Both the position numbers and the translations under genes were made by a program. Positions 32,501-62,313 of a stretch of DNA of 64,000 nt are shown here, in pieces (position 1 is the first letter of the stretch; each line of letters starts with the position of its first letter). The notes under the pieces were generated by a model, which had not been told where the DNA came from, made no database searches, and saw only the letters and a program-made list of their open reading frames with translations. This DNA is from Camelus dromedarius. Taxonomy: Eukaryota. The stretch lies in the NCBI RefSeq assembly GCF_036321535.1, contig NC_087438.1, positions 560,001 to 624,000 of the forward strand, given 5' to 3'.

Positions 32501-35366
32501 AGTGACCCAGAAGCTGACTTCACAGACCATCCTGTCTCCCCCACCCACTTAGGAGGGGAGGGGTCCGTTTTCCTGGAGTGAGGCAAGGCTCGGGGGTCCC
32601 TGCCCAGGGGTGAGGCCAACCCTGCTGCCTCTGCCCCTGTGCACCCCCATAGGCGCTCCAGTGTGATGTCTCAGTGGAGGAAGACAGCCACCAGGAGTGG
32701 ACGTTCACCCTGTACGGCTTCGACCACAGTGGGAAGGCCACCAGAGAGGTGACTCACTGTGTCTGCATCAGTCCCCATGAAGGGCGCTGGCAGCAGATGG
32801 ATGACAGTGCCGGATCTCTGTGATGGGGAGATGGACTGAGCCTGTCTAGGGTGGGAGGAGAGGCCGGGACCCTTCCCAGGAGGCAGGCTGGGGTGGGTGG
32901 GTGGGAGGGGAGCCACCACAGGACCCAGGTGACGGATGGAGCTGGCTGGAGTCCATGTCAGCTCCCGTCACCCTGTGCAGCCTGCATCTGCCCTGGCCAG
33001 CAGCCCCTTGGCCAGGTGGTGAGGGTCCCGGGAGTGCCCCCAGTGCTCGGTTCTGCTGGGCTGTGTGTCTTGGAGGCACATGGTGCTCCTGGAAAGGAAA
33101 CAGGCACATAGGATGACTGAAATAAGTGTGTTCATGTTAAAAACAAAACTTTGATAGTTTACCAGGTTGCTAAGTTCTTTGAACATGGATCCAGTTTGAA
33201 GTTTACAAAGTCAGAGAGGTGTGCCTCCAGCAGGGCCGCTGACTCGGGCCTCCCGGTGCCCACACCAGGCTGAGGAGGGCTGCTCAGATGAGCTGCCATC
33301 TCGCCGGGCTCTGTCAGGATGCTGAGCAAATCAAACAGGCAGGCAGCCTGGAGGCGGCAGCGGGCAGCGTGACTTGGGCAGTGCCCCCTCAGTCTGCCTG
33401 TGTCCGTGACACCCACGCCACCCTTAGGACATGTCCAGCCTGATGCACACCATCTACGAGGTTGTCGACGCCTCGGTCAGCCACTCCTCGGGCAGCAGCA
33501 AGACCCTCCGTGTGAAGCTGACTGTCAGCCCAGAGCCCTCCAGCAAGAGGAAGGAAGGCACCCCCACTGGCCAGGGTGAGGGCCAGAGCTCTGGGGCTGC
33601 AGCGGCCCCCCAAATCAGACGCCAGAAGACCCTGCTCTAAATGGCCACCCACACTCCCTGCAGCCACCCCTCCTGCCCCCGGCCCCCATGCTGCGTTTCC
33701 CCATCGCTCTTAACTCCTGCTGACTGTGCCATGGGCTCCTTGTTAACTGTGTCTGCTGTTCAGTGTCCCCATCAGGACAAAAACCTCTGTGGTTTCCTGA
33801 ACATGGAAGGTGGGGCTTGGCATCTGGCAGGGCCTCGAAACTGTTTGGTGAAGGAATGACTGAGAGCGTGAGTACTGGAGAGAGAATGAGTGAGTGAGTG
33901 AATGAGGGAAGAGTGAAGAGGGAGGGAGGGAGGGAGGGAACGTATGCCCACCTGTTGCAGACCGGGAGCCCACGCGCTGCAGGACGGAAGGGGAGCTCAC
34001 CGAGGACCCCAGGGTGGCGGACAAGAGGCTGTCTGCGCACGTCAGGTGAGGGGCTGGGATCCAGGTCCGCCCTCCTCAGATGGGAGCATCCCACCCAGTC
34101 CTTGCTGCCCACTGGCCTCAGGGGCCGTCTGCTCCAAGTGGCCCAACAGGATGGGCACCGGGGTGCAGAGGCTTGGACGCAGGCAGGGAAGCCTGGGCAC
34201 ACCCTACAGTCGGGGTGGAGGCCAGCGCTCGGGGTGGAGGCCAGCGCTCGGGCTGGGGCTGAGAGGCCGGGGGCGTGGAGGGGAGCAGTGGGTTGGCCTG
34301 CAGACGCCCGGTGCCCTTGCCCCGGTGCCCTGTGGTCCCACTCCTGCACTGCGGTGGTGACGGGGGCGGCGGCCACAGAGCCCCAGCAGGTGTCCCAGGT
34401 GAGCCCAAAGACAGCACAGGCCAGTGGGTGTGACTGTGGTTCTGCTGGTGGGAGCCTCTTGTCCCGGTGGGGGTGCTGGTCGGACCCTGAGGGGTCAGGC
34501 CCGCCCCCTGTGCCCCACGCAGGAGGCCCAGTGCGGACCCCAGCCCCTGCTCCGAGCGGGGTCCGTACTGCGTGGACGAGAACACAGAGCGGAGAAACCA
34601 CTACCTGGACCTGGCTGGCATCGAGAATTACACGTCTAAGTTTGGACCCGGTAGGTACCGGAGACCCGGCCCCCGCCCCGCGCCGCCTCCAAAGGTGGGC
34701 TCAACAGGCGTGTGGGCGTGGGCCTGGTCCAGGTGAGATGTCCAGGCCCTGCAGAGGGCCTCACAGGTGCCTGTGTCCTCAGGGTCCCCCCCAGGGCAGG
34801 CCAGGCAGGAGCACCAGGCCAAGGCCCCGCACCCCCAGACCAGGTCCCGCTCCCAGGAGTCGGACGCGCACTCCGTGCACCACCGCCGGTGTCCTGCACC
34901 GGCCGACCACGCCCTGCTGGCCGCGGAGCCTGCCCCCCGCGCCCTGGACCTGCAGCCCCGGCTGAAGGGGCAGGAGAAGCAGTTCCTGAAGTCCCCCCAG
35001 GCTGCGGGGAGGCCGTCTGGGGCGCCCAGCGGGGCGGCGAGGCCCGGGAGAGCCTTCAGCTACCACCCGCCACCCCCCCCATCCCAGGCCCCCCAGGATG
35101 GCCACCACCTCCCACAGCCCCCGCCCCAGCCCCCGCCACCACCCTACGGCCACAGGCGGTGCCGGCAGAAGGGCAGGGAGGGCCCCTCGCCTCTCAGGGC
35201 TGCGCTGGGCCAGCCCGCGGTGCTGGAGCACGAGGTGGTGCGGGACCTGCCGCCCCTGCTGCTGGGCGAGGCCTGTGCGGTGCCCGTGGTCCAGCGCCAC
35301 GAGCACCACCACCACCACGAGCACCACCACCACCACCACCACCACCACCACCACGCCCCGTCCTAG
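8521..35366 (+). CDS. NKD2: Naked cuticle homolog 2, whole spliced CDS: join(8521-8545,8648-8683,8984-9084,31194-31254,32142-32269,32653-32748,33428-33575,33961-34045,34523-34650,34783-35366); 1392 nt, 463 aa
   Basis: Translation runs MGKFQSKHAAAAFKRRESPEGDSF...QEWTFTLY...DMSSLMHTIYEVVDAS...DENTERRNHYLDLAGIENY...HEHHHHHEH11APS*. All introns are GT-AG and phases are consistent. N-terminal myristoylation Gly, EFX domain and His tail are present. Confidence 0.97.
8648..8683 (+). CDS. NKD2: NKD2 exon 2 (AAAAFKRRESPE)
   Basis: cag acceptor, AAG|gtgagc donor, 36 nt. Confidence 0.92.
8984..9084 (+). CDS. NKD2: NKD2 exon 3 (GDSFVVSAY...RDKQ)
   Basis: tgcag acceptor, CAG|gtaggc donor, 101 nt. Confidence 0.94.
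10408..10682 (+). mobile_element. MaLR LTR remnant (MLT1A/MST-like)
   Basis: tgctgtggtctgaatgtgtg...cccccaaaattcatgttggaaaccc. Confidence 0.6.
14140..14460 (-). mobile_element. Degraded MaLR (MLT1) LTR
   Basis: agggtccaccctcatgacctc...ctctgcagtga motif. Confidence 0.4.
15673..16072 (-). mobile_element. MaLR LTR (MLT1C/D-like)
   Basis: gctgtgacgaaaaccacgaactgggtggcctaa...ttctggggccagaagcctgacatcaag...tccttcctgcctcttccagct. Confidence 0.75.
17498..17660. mobile_element. hAT-Charlie DNA transposon remnant (MER3-like)
   Basis: Terminal inverted repeats gcgctgtcca / tggacagcac; internal catggctagtgtg. Confidence 0.55.
18830..19260 (+). mobile_element. Old L1 5'/ORF1-region fragment
   Basis: A-rich; caatcaaaattttccaggcatgagaag, acacagcggaagaaaagatgagtgacctggaag. 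Confidence 0.55.
20562..21245 (+). mobile_element. L1 3' fragment (ORF2 end plus 3'UTR), strongly GC-shifted
   Basis: acagatggccaac...atggaaaggtgctcaacttcactgatcatcagggaagtgcaaa...cacctgtcagaatggccatcatcaaaaagac. Confidence 0.85.
22185..22461. repeat. Degenerate (TG/CA/TA)n purine-pyrimidine alternating tract
   Basis: About 275 bp of tgtgtg/tgcatg/tatatg. Confidence 0.85.
24995..25412 (+). mobile_element. MaLR LTR (MLT1C/D-like)
   Basis: aaaaggggtcttggcaga...ggatcttgagacgg...gaggataaattccttttgtttgaagc...tttgtcacagcagcc. Confidence 0.75.
28765..29514. repeat. Minisatellite, 25 x 30 bp (GGCTCCTCGTTCCCAGGCTCAGGGGCTTCA), NKD2 intron 3
   Basis: Directly visible; units 2, 5, 6, 9 and 12 are variants and units 13-25 are identical. 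Confidence 0.98.
31194..31254 (+). CDS. NKD2: NKD2 exon 4 (ELPSGDPKEGHFWEDQRPLE)
   Basis: ttctttctccctgcag acceptor, G|gtaagg donor, 61 nt. Confidence 0.94.
32142..32269 (+). CDS. NKD2: NKD2 exon 5 (VVLPPEKAEG...KRLNVD)
   Basis: ctgcag acceptor, GAC|gtaggt donor, 128 nt. Confidence 0.94.
32653..32748 (+). CDS. NKD2: NKD2 exon 6 (ALQCDVSVEEDSHQEWTFTLYGFDHSGKATRE; EF-hand/EFX)
   Basis: catag acceptor, GAG|gtgact donor, 96 nt; not in ORF track. Confidence 0.95.
33428..33575 (+). CDS. NKD2: NKD2 exon 7 (DMSSLMHTIYEVVDAS...PTGQ)
   Basis: cttag acceptor, G|gtgagg donor, 148 nt. Confidence 0.96.
33690..33910 (+). mobile_element. L2 3'-end remnant with decayed (GAAT)n tail abutting the NKD2 exon 8 acceptor
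   Basis: ggcttggcatctggcagggcctcgaaactgtttggtgaaggaatga...gaatgagtgagtgagtgaatga. Confidence 0.5.
33961..34045 (+). CDS. NKD2: NKD2 exon 8 (DREPTRCRTEGELTEDPRVADKRLSAHV)
   Basis: ttgcag acceptor, AG|gtgagg donor, 85 nt. Confidence 0.93.
34523..34650 (+). CDS. NKD2: NKD2 exon 9 (RPSADPSPCSERGPYCVDENTERRNHYLDLAGIENYTSKFGP)
   Basis: cgcag acceptor, G|gtaggt donor, 128 nt; conserved 30-aa Naked motif. Confidence 0.96.
34783..35366 (+). CDS. NKD2: NKD2 last coding exon (GSPPGQ...poly-His...APS*)
   Basis: cctcag acceptor; lies in ORF 34767..35366; TAG stop. Confidence 0.96.
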
Positions 35367-36338
35367 CACGGCCCCGGGCACCGAGGGACGCTCTGAAAGG
35401 CCCTTCTTCCCTCGGCTCTTCCCGACGGGCATCCAGAGACCGCATCCCTGCCGCTGACGTCCCCGTCACCATGCTGCTCTGTGTAATCGTAACAGCACAC
35501 CTGCGCTTACAGAAGTACCTGAACCTGCCTTCATCATGAAACCAAAGTGCAGCCCCGCGGTGTCGACGGGTCTGCTCGGACGTTCTCGGCGTGTCTTCCT
35601 CTGGGGCCTCGCACTCGGGGTTCTTCGGCTTGTGGGGCTGGGGGTGTGGACTTGTCCCCGGGCTCGAGTGGGCAGGGAGCTTCGTAGGCCTTCTGGGCTC
35701 ATCGTTCTTGAAGCCGGGAGCCGTGGCCTGAGGAGCAGCTGCTTCTCCGGGCCCACACGTGCGGTGGCCAGTTCTGCCACACGAGGCCGGCACAGATCAC
35801 AGAGGAGAAGGGGGCCGTGTGGGCGGGCGGGCGGGCGGCCTAGGAGGCTCCCCAGAGCGCGGCAGAGCAGTCAGGAAAGGCAGAGGTCAGAGCTGGGAGG
35901 AGGGTGCCGGCTGGGCTCGGCCTCAGGGCAGCACTGCCAGCATCGTAAGTGGACGCAGAGGTGGTCAGCAGGGCCAGGGAGGTGAGGGCCCTTCCTGAAA
36001 CCCACTCGCAGACAGTTGGGCAGTAGGTGGGTGTCCCCTCCTCTGTGGACTTGAATCTGAACCATCGGGTTCTCGGGACACAGCTTCAGCTTTGGACAAG
36101 CCTGAGTCCCTCCGGGAGGTCGGGAAGAGGGTGTCAGACCAGCAGGACTTCCCAGAGCACGGGCAGTGCCGGTCCTGGGCCTCGGCCGGGGGCGTCCCCA
36201 GGCCGGGAAACTGCTGCTGCTCTGTCCGAGATGAGAGGCTTGTGAATTTGTGCAGCTGGCTTTGTCCTTGGCTCCTCGGCAGTTTTTAAGGATAAAGCAA
36301 CTTGGTGGTTGACTTGTGATTGAGTTTTTCCCAGTCAT

Positions 36339-36344
36339 AATAAA
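36339..36344 (+). terminator. NKD2 polyadenylation signal AATAAA
   Basis: AATAAA about 1 kb after the stop, in an AT-rich patch followed by T/GT-rich sequence. Confidence 0.75.
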
Positions 36345-37349
36345 AATACGTGCATTTTGTAACATGTCATACCTTGTTTAAAGTGAGTTTCCAAACAGAA
36401 CCGGGCCGTCCTGCACCAGCACCGGCCACCAGCACAGACAGCAGGTGGCTTGGTGGGGCAGGCACACGCTGCAATGGGAACGTGTGTCTGTGTCTGCTGA
36501 TACATGGGTGGGAGGAGGGTCAACACGCGTGCAGCACACGCCACTCCACACTCATGGGTGACCCCTCCCCACTTACTGCCCTAAAGGCACAGCCAGAAAC
36601 ACCGAAGCCCCAAACTGGGTTCGTGGCGCGGGGACACTTCCCGCCTTTGTCTGGGGCCACGTGGACCAAGGCTCCCGTGCTGGCGCTGGCTCCTGGTGAG
36701 TACGTCGCCCGGAGGAGCCGGTGCTCCTTCCCCTCTTCTCTCAGCCCTCTCCACGGGGTGTTCGTGGCTGCTTGAAAGTCCCTCGGGGTTTCCGAGTTGC
36801 TGCCATCTCCGTGAGCCGCGTCCGCGTGCTGGGAGGGCTGGGGGACGCGCACATCGTGGTGCTCCGGGTGTTGCAGAAGCAGACTCAGGCCGTGCCTGGT
36901 GGGCCAGAGGCCAGCGGCCAGGCAGGAAGACTGGACAGGTCCATGTTCCGGCCACATTCTGTTCACTGGCTGTGAGTACTGCACAAAGAGGTGTTTGCAG
37001 AGACCTTATCACCCCCGACCCTGGTCCCTTTCCCACGTGCAGAGCTCTCACACATGAGGGGACCTTTCAGTTGGCCCCAGCAGACCTGTCCAGCCCTGCG
37101 ACTGTCCACTGAGCCCTTGGGTGCATGCTGGCCGACCAGCTGGCAGCTGTGATGAGGCCTGAGCTTTGGCCTCTTTGACTCCAGACCCTGGATTTAAAGA
37201 CAAAATGTGAGGGAAACACCATCAAACAGACCAGAAGCTGAGTGAATGCTGCTTGTGGGGCTGGGAAGCAGGGAAGCCCAGCTCCCCGACACCAGTGGGG
37301 CCCAGGACGGTGCACTCGAGCACCAAAGGGACAGAAAACCACTTGAGGG

Positions 37350-37838
37350 TGTTGACTGCAGAAAAGATGCCCACCCTAAAAGCTGAGCTACGTTTTATTT
37401 GGTGGACTTAGTGGGGACTCGCGCCCGGGAGGCGGCTTCTCAGATGCTCTAGGGGAAGCAAGGGAGAAACCGGGACGTGCAGGAGTTTTTCAGCAAAGAC
37501 CAGGTAGCTGGAACGTCAGACGGTGACTGTTAATTAAGGAACACCAGACGTCTCAAGTTGGGGAATTTAGCATTTCTCTACGCACGGGAAGATGCAGGCG
37601 TCTGGGCTCACTGAAGCCACCCCTGTGACGTGCACCTGAGCTGCCCGGGGCCAGGGTCCCGTGCCTCCCCACCCGAGTCCCCTCGGGGGCACCGCCCGGG
37701 GCGGCAGCAGAGGCCGGGCTGCCTGCTTGTCCGCATTCCGAGTTCCCTGCGAGCCCCTGGGGGCCAGGGTACTGTCTGATGACTTGATGGCACAGCGTCC
37801 TTTGTTTACTGGTGTGGCTGCCATACTTTTCACTCACG
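37350..37838 (-). mobile_element. ERV1-class solo LTR (resembles cetartiodactyl MER41-like LTRs)
   Basis: Begins tgttgactg, ends cactcacg; imperfect 4-bp target-site duplication aggg/aggt; minus-strand AATAAA at 37394-37399; family assignment from memory. Confidence 0.6.
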
Positions 37839-39918
37839 AGGTCAACAAGAAAGACCGCTTGTGAGCATTGATGTGGACACATTAACCAAACACCCGCCTG
37901 TGCAGAACCTGTCCCGTGGATGCGGTAGCTGCCCTGGGGCTGGGGGCGCGGGGCTGGGGGCCCACAGGAACCCACGTGTCGGGGAAGCAGAGGCCCCCCC
38001 TGGAAGAAAGGCTGGGGTGTGGCTGGAGGCGGAGATGGAGGAGGACTGTGCCTGCCCGGGGCCCTGGTCGCGGAGCCGGTTTCCCACGCTGAGTCCACCC
38101 TCCTTGAAGACACCACGGATGCGTGGTGAACAGTCAGGTCTTGCCACTGATTTAAGTGTAGACTTTGCAACTGGATCATCTCAAAGGTGGACCAACCTGT
38201 ATCTTACAGGCCCAAGAAGGCCCCTTGGAGAGTGTGTTGCCAAATAAACCTGGAGCTGAGTGAGGGGAGCTCTCTGTGGCGCTCCCAGGGCGTGGCCTCT
38301 GGTCTCCGGCTGACCCCAGAGCCGGTCATCTCAGCTCCACGCCCCCCGGTTCCCCTCTGGACCCTCCGTCCACACACACCTGGTCTCCCTCCTGTGCCGC
38401 TTCCCAGGGAAGGGGAGGCCTTGTCTGGGGTCTCGGGGTCCAGTCCTGTTCCTTCAGCGGCTCCAGGCCTGCCAGGTCAGTCCTGCCCACCTGTCTGGAC
38501 CCATGGGCCTGTGTCTCAGCTGCCCTGCCCATCCCTGTCCTCCCAGCCCAGAGGTGGGTCCAGAGAGTGGCGCCACCCTGCCCTGTGGACCTGGCCCAGC
38601 GCAGCCTGGCCTTTCCGGTCCACAGCACGCAGGCCGCGGGGCCACAGCCTCCCCACCCCCATCCACACTTCTTTCTCTCTGTTTCCCGGGTCCCTCTGAG
38701 CACAGGCAGGACACGGGTCACTCACGTCTCTGCATTCCTGGCACGTGGTGCAGGATGTGGGAGGAGACGGCCCGGCCCAGGGCCCCCCACCCCCAGCCCA
38801 TCCCACCCCCACCCCGGGCCCCTCTCTGCCTCGTTTACTCTCTTCTGCCCACAGCCTTCATGCTTCTCTGCACTTGAGGGGAGCCCTGTGCTCCCACCAC
38901 ACGCTGGCCTTGCTGCCTCGGGTCCTGTTCCCACCTGCTCCTTGGGGCCCCACAGCTTGTCCCCGGTGCCACGCTCCTCAGCAGAGGGGCCCAGTGAGCT
39001 GAGGGTTACTGAGTGACTGGACGTATGGGCTCCCCGCCCCCGGCCCGCCCACCCCCACAACCAGATGTAGGACAGCCGCCCAGCCTGAGCCTGAAGGGTG
39101 GGGAGGGAGGCTCCCACCTCCAGCCAGCAGCTAAGAATGGGGGCAGTGGCCTCCCGTGGGCTCCATGAGCCACAGCTCCGGCGAAACACTCAACGCCTCC
39201 GTTAGCGTTGAGGGTGGGGCTCTGCCCCTGGGAGGGGCAGACCATGGACAAGCGCGTGCCCCCAGACCCTCCTCGCCCTCTGATGTGCCTGCAGCCCCGG
39301 GGTCTCCGTCTGGAGCTGATTCTGGTGGGGCTGCATCCCAGCAAGATCCTAGTTGGTGCCATGACGCTGGTCCAGAACCCTGCGCAGGAAGGGGCACCCA
39401 GGGCCCTGACCTCCTTGCACCTGGTGGCCCAGGCGAGCGCCCCTGGCCACTGCTGATGCAGGCGGTGAGGGTGTGCGCCCGGCGGCGCTGGGGAGAGCAG
39501 GTCCTAGGGGACAGGATGAGAAGGGGCTCTGGAGGGAGTGGTGGTCAGACCTCACTTACCAGGAAACCTGGGGAGGCCCGGTCGACAACGTGGAGGTGGG
39601 GAGGGAGCGGCGGGGGTGGCAGAGTGGGGCGTGCCGAGAACTCCCACAGAGGACGGTCAGCAGCTCAGAAATCACAGCTCATGAGCCCCTCAGCCCTGAA
39701 GGCTCCCCAGAAAAGATTCCAGATCACGGGAGAGGCAGTAAATGCACACTGACTGGGGCCACGGGGACCTGAGGGTCCTGAGCGTGGGCTGAGCAGGGGG
39801 AGGGCCGAGGTGCCCACAGAAGGCTCGGCAAGTCCAACAAAGCCCCCAGACATGTGCTCAAAGTCCAAAAGCATTTCTGTCAGGCTGCCACCAGTCAGGA
39901 GCTAATGTTTAAAGTTAC

Positions 39919-40390
39919 CGTGTTGGTTAATTTCATGCCAACCTGACTGGCTCAGAGGCCCAGTGCGCTGTGAAGCGTGACTTCCAGGTGTGTCTGTGAG
40001 GGCTTCTGGAAGGGGTCAGCCTTTGACTCAGTGAACTGAACAAAGATTCACCCTCCTGGCTGTGGGCGGCACCGTCCAACCCGTGGACCACAGCTGTGAC
40101 GGGAGGGCCGACTCCCTCTGCTCCAACCGGGCCGTGGCCTCTGGCCCTGGGCGTCGCAGGTTCTGGGCCTGGGGCCTGAGGACTGGCACATACACCGCTG
40201 GCTGCCCGTGCTCCTGGGCCTCCAGCCTGAGGGCAGGTGACGGGGCCTCTCAGCCCCCAACGTGGAGCGACCCCCGTAATCACACCTCCTCTGACGTCTG
40301 CCGGGGTGCGTCCTACCATTGTGAACATCAGCGTCGGCCAGTAAGTCTAATGGGGGACATACGCACCCTCCCCAAAAGCTAAGCTCCGAA
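39919..40390 (+). mobile_element. ERVL LTR remnant (MLT2-like)
   Basis: gtgttggttaatttcatgccaacctgactgg...gtgtgtctgtgagg...aagattcaccctc...gtgggcggcaccgtccaa; right end approximate. Confidence 0.65.
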
Positions 40391-41134
40391 GACACCCACG
40401 TGAAGCGGCGACGCAGCCCAATCGGAATCTCCAGGGGACGGTTTTGCAGCCGTCAAATAGCTGATGCTAACAGGGCAGGAGCCGCGATAACTAAGTCAGT
40501 GTGCGAGGCCCAGTGCGAAGCCAGGCAACGGGACCAGCGGGGCAGGACAGCGGGGCACGAAGGTTGCTGCCACGCTCGGCTGTCGTGGAGCGCAGGGCCA
40601 TGCACCTCCACAACTGTGGACAGCATCCCTCGGCGGGGCCGTGGGGTCACATGGTCACTCCATGTTTAGCAAACCTAGGAACCGCCACTCCCTTCCCAGG
40701 GCAGCCCCAGCTGCGCCCCCACCGGCAGTGTCCTCCACACGCCTGCAACACGGGCTCGTCTCCTCTTCCTCGGTCACACCCACATCCTAGTCCGTGTGAA
40801 GTGCTGTCCCGTGAGCCCATGTATCAGATTAAAGGGTCCCCTTTAATCAGAGTCTTTGCTGGTTCCACCCGTAGGGAAACTGCAGGCTGGGTAATTCCAG
40901 CGAGCAGCAGCGTCTCCTTACTGCGCTGCACACGTACCTGGGGGGCAGGGGGCTGCTCCCTACTGACTCCATCAGCCTGTTGCTTTGGTTTGACTCTTTC
41001 AGCCAGTTCACATGCTAACTCTCCAGCCACATGATCAGACCTGAAATAAACCCGGGGGCGGGGTGCGTTTCTCCACACGTTTAATTTTCATGCTCGATGA
41101 GACAGGGCGTTCCCCAACACACTCAGATCTTCAT

Positions 41135-41140
41135 TTTATT
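41135..41140 (-). terminator. SLC12A7 polyadenylation signal AATAAA
   Basis: TTTATT on + strand about 1.6 kb past the stop; GT-rich downstream sequence on the minus strand. Confidence 0.75.
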
Positions 41141-41682
41141 CTACTGACAAAATCATACAAAGAACCTCGAAAAGGCAAACACGAAGCCAGCGGCCACAGT
41201 TAAGAGTCCCACAGTTTACAGAACAGGAAGGACCTGGGGTGCAGACACAGACGTGGCAGGTGCTCGGCTGGGCCGGGTGTCGCAGAGGGTGGGGGGTCCT
41301 GTATGCGCAGCTGCTTCCCAGCCTTGACCAACCTGCCAGCCGGTGCACAGGGACCCAGGACCCAGGAGAGGGGCCTGAAGAGGAGGTACAAGTCACCACT
41401 GAACTGAGACCCCCGCCCCAAGCTCAGCTGTGGTGTTTGGCACACGCTCTGGCCGTGGTCATCCTGACGGTGACGCTGACCCTCCATGCTGCCTGACTGC
41501 CCCTCAGAAACATCTGGAAACACACGCTTAGCCCCTGCCTGACCTCAAGCCCGTGGACAGGGCCGATTCCCTTGGGAGCCCATGGAAACCAGAGAAAGCC
41601 AAGGACCTGGCTGTTCGGAGCCCATTTCACAGACACAACCTCCTTGTGGACGACGTTTATCACTGAAACTCCCCCGGGCGTT

Positions 41683-41697
41683 TAAATAAATAAATAA
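41683..41697 (-). promoter_or_regulatory. AU-rich element in SLC12A7 3'UTR
   Basis: Minus strand TTATTTATTTATTTA, three overlapping ATTTA. Confidence 0.6.
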
Positions 41698-42761
41698 CCC
41701 ATACAGAAAGTGAGGCACAAATTACGGCAGCAACACACGGTGAACATGACAGTGCGTGTACAGTGCAAACAGTCCAGGATCACGGGAAGGTGCCTGTCGG
41801 TGCCCTGAATGTGGCGGGGACACCCCTGCCCCCACAGCCACAATGCCCCAGGCCCGGCGGTGCCGACGGGAGGTGACAGGCTCAGCTGGCAGCCGTGTGC
41901 AGTGGCTGCAGGGCCTCCCACGGCTGCACCCCGTCCCCTCTCAAGAGTGCGAAGCATGGAAACGAGGTTGCAGGAGCCAGTGCGTCAGACGCTGAACCGT
42001 GTGGCACTCCCCATCCTGAAGGCTCTTCCATTGCCGCCTGCAGTGGGGGATTCCCGGCACCCGCCATTTCTAGGGTCGCACCTGGCCTCCCACAGTCACC
42101 CACACCAGGTACAGCAGCTCTGGGGTGCCAGCCGGGCCGTCAGTGCGGGGAGACAACTGGTCACGAGCACGGCCCGGCTCTTCCACTGGCTGCTTCCTGG
42201 CACGAACCCCACCAGGACCCGCCCACCCACCCACAGACGCCTGCCCTGCGGTCCGCAAGAACCAGCGCATCAGCCCACTGCCGAGGGGACAGTCTTTACT
42301 CTGTCTCCATTTCAGAAACCCCAGCCCGGCTACTGAGAGGGGCAGGTGGGCAGCATTGCCTGGGGAGCTGACACGAGCCCTCAGCCACGGGTCAGCTTCA
42401 GCCTGGGGGCTTCTCCTGGCACCGTGGGGGGGCCGGGGGTCTGAGTGACCCTGACTGCACAACAGCCTGCAGGTCCAGCCCAGGGAGATCAGTTTGAGAG
42501 TCCAGGTGCTCCCTGTCTCACTTTGCCGTCAGGAGACGGACGGGCACAGACCAGGTCACCGCCAGCACCCCCGGGGGCACGGGGAGCACTGAGGGTGTCG
42601 CAACCTGCCCTGGGACGCGGGGAAGACTTCAGTCACGCGTCAGCTCTCGGCCTGGAGAGCCCCGGTGCTATCTAGAAACTTCTACAGGACACCACGCACT
42701 GGCCACTGCGCACTGCAGCACCGACCCCACCTGCCCAGTGCACCCCCAGGGTGGCCGAGCG

Positions 42762-62313
<19,552 letters not shown>

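Noticed and set aside
34210..34252. 19-bp tandem duplication in NKD2 intron 8, and a similar 22-bp direct repeat at 31857-31920
   Set aside because: Ordinary local slippage duplications away from splice signals.
34779..35432. 217-aa antisense ORF with poly-Val
   Set aside because: Mirror of the GC3-rich NKD2 last exon and its CAC repeat.
40400..40740. Possible additional highly GC-shifted L1 ORF2 fragment
   Set aside because: Similarity is too weak to call by eye; needs RepeatMasker.
40827..40848. Perfect 10-bp inverted repeat GATTAAAGGG-tc-CCCTTTAATC
   Set aside because: About one such hairpin is expected by chance in 64 kb and there is no supporting context.
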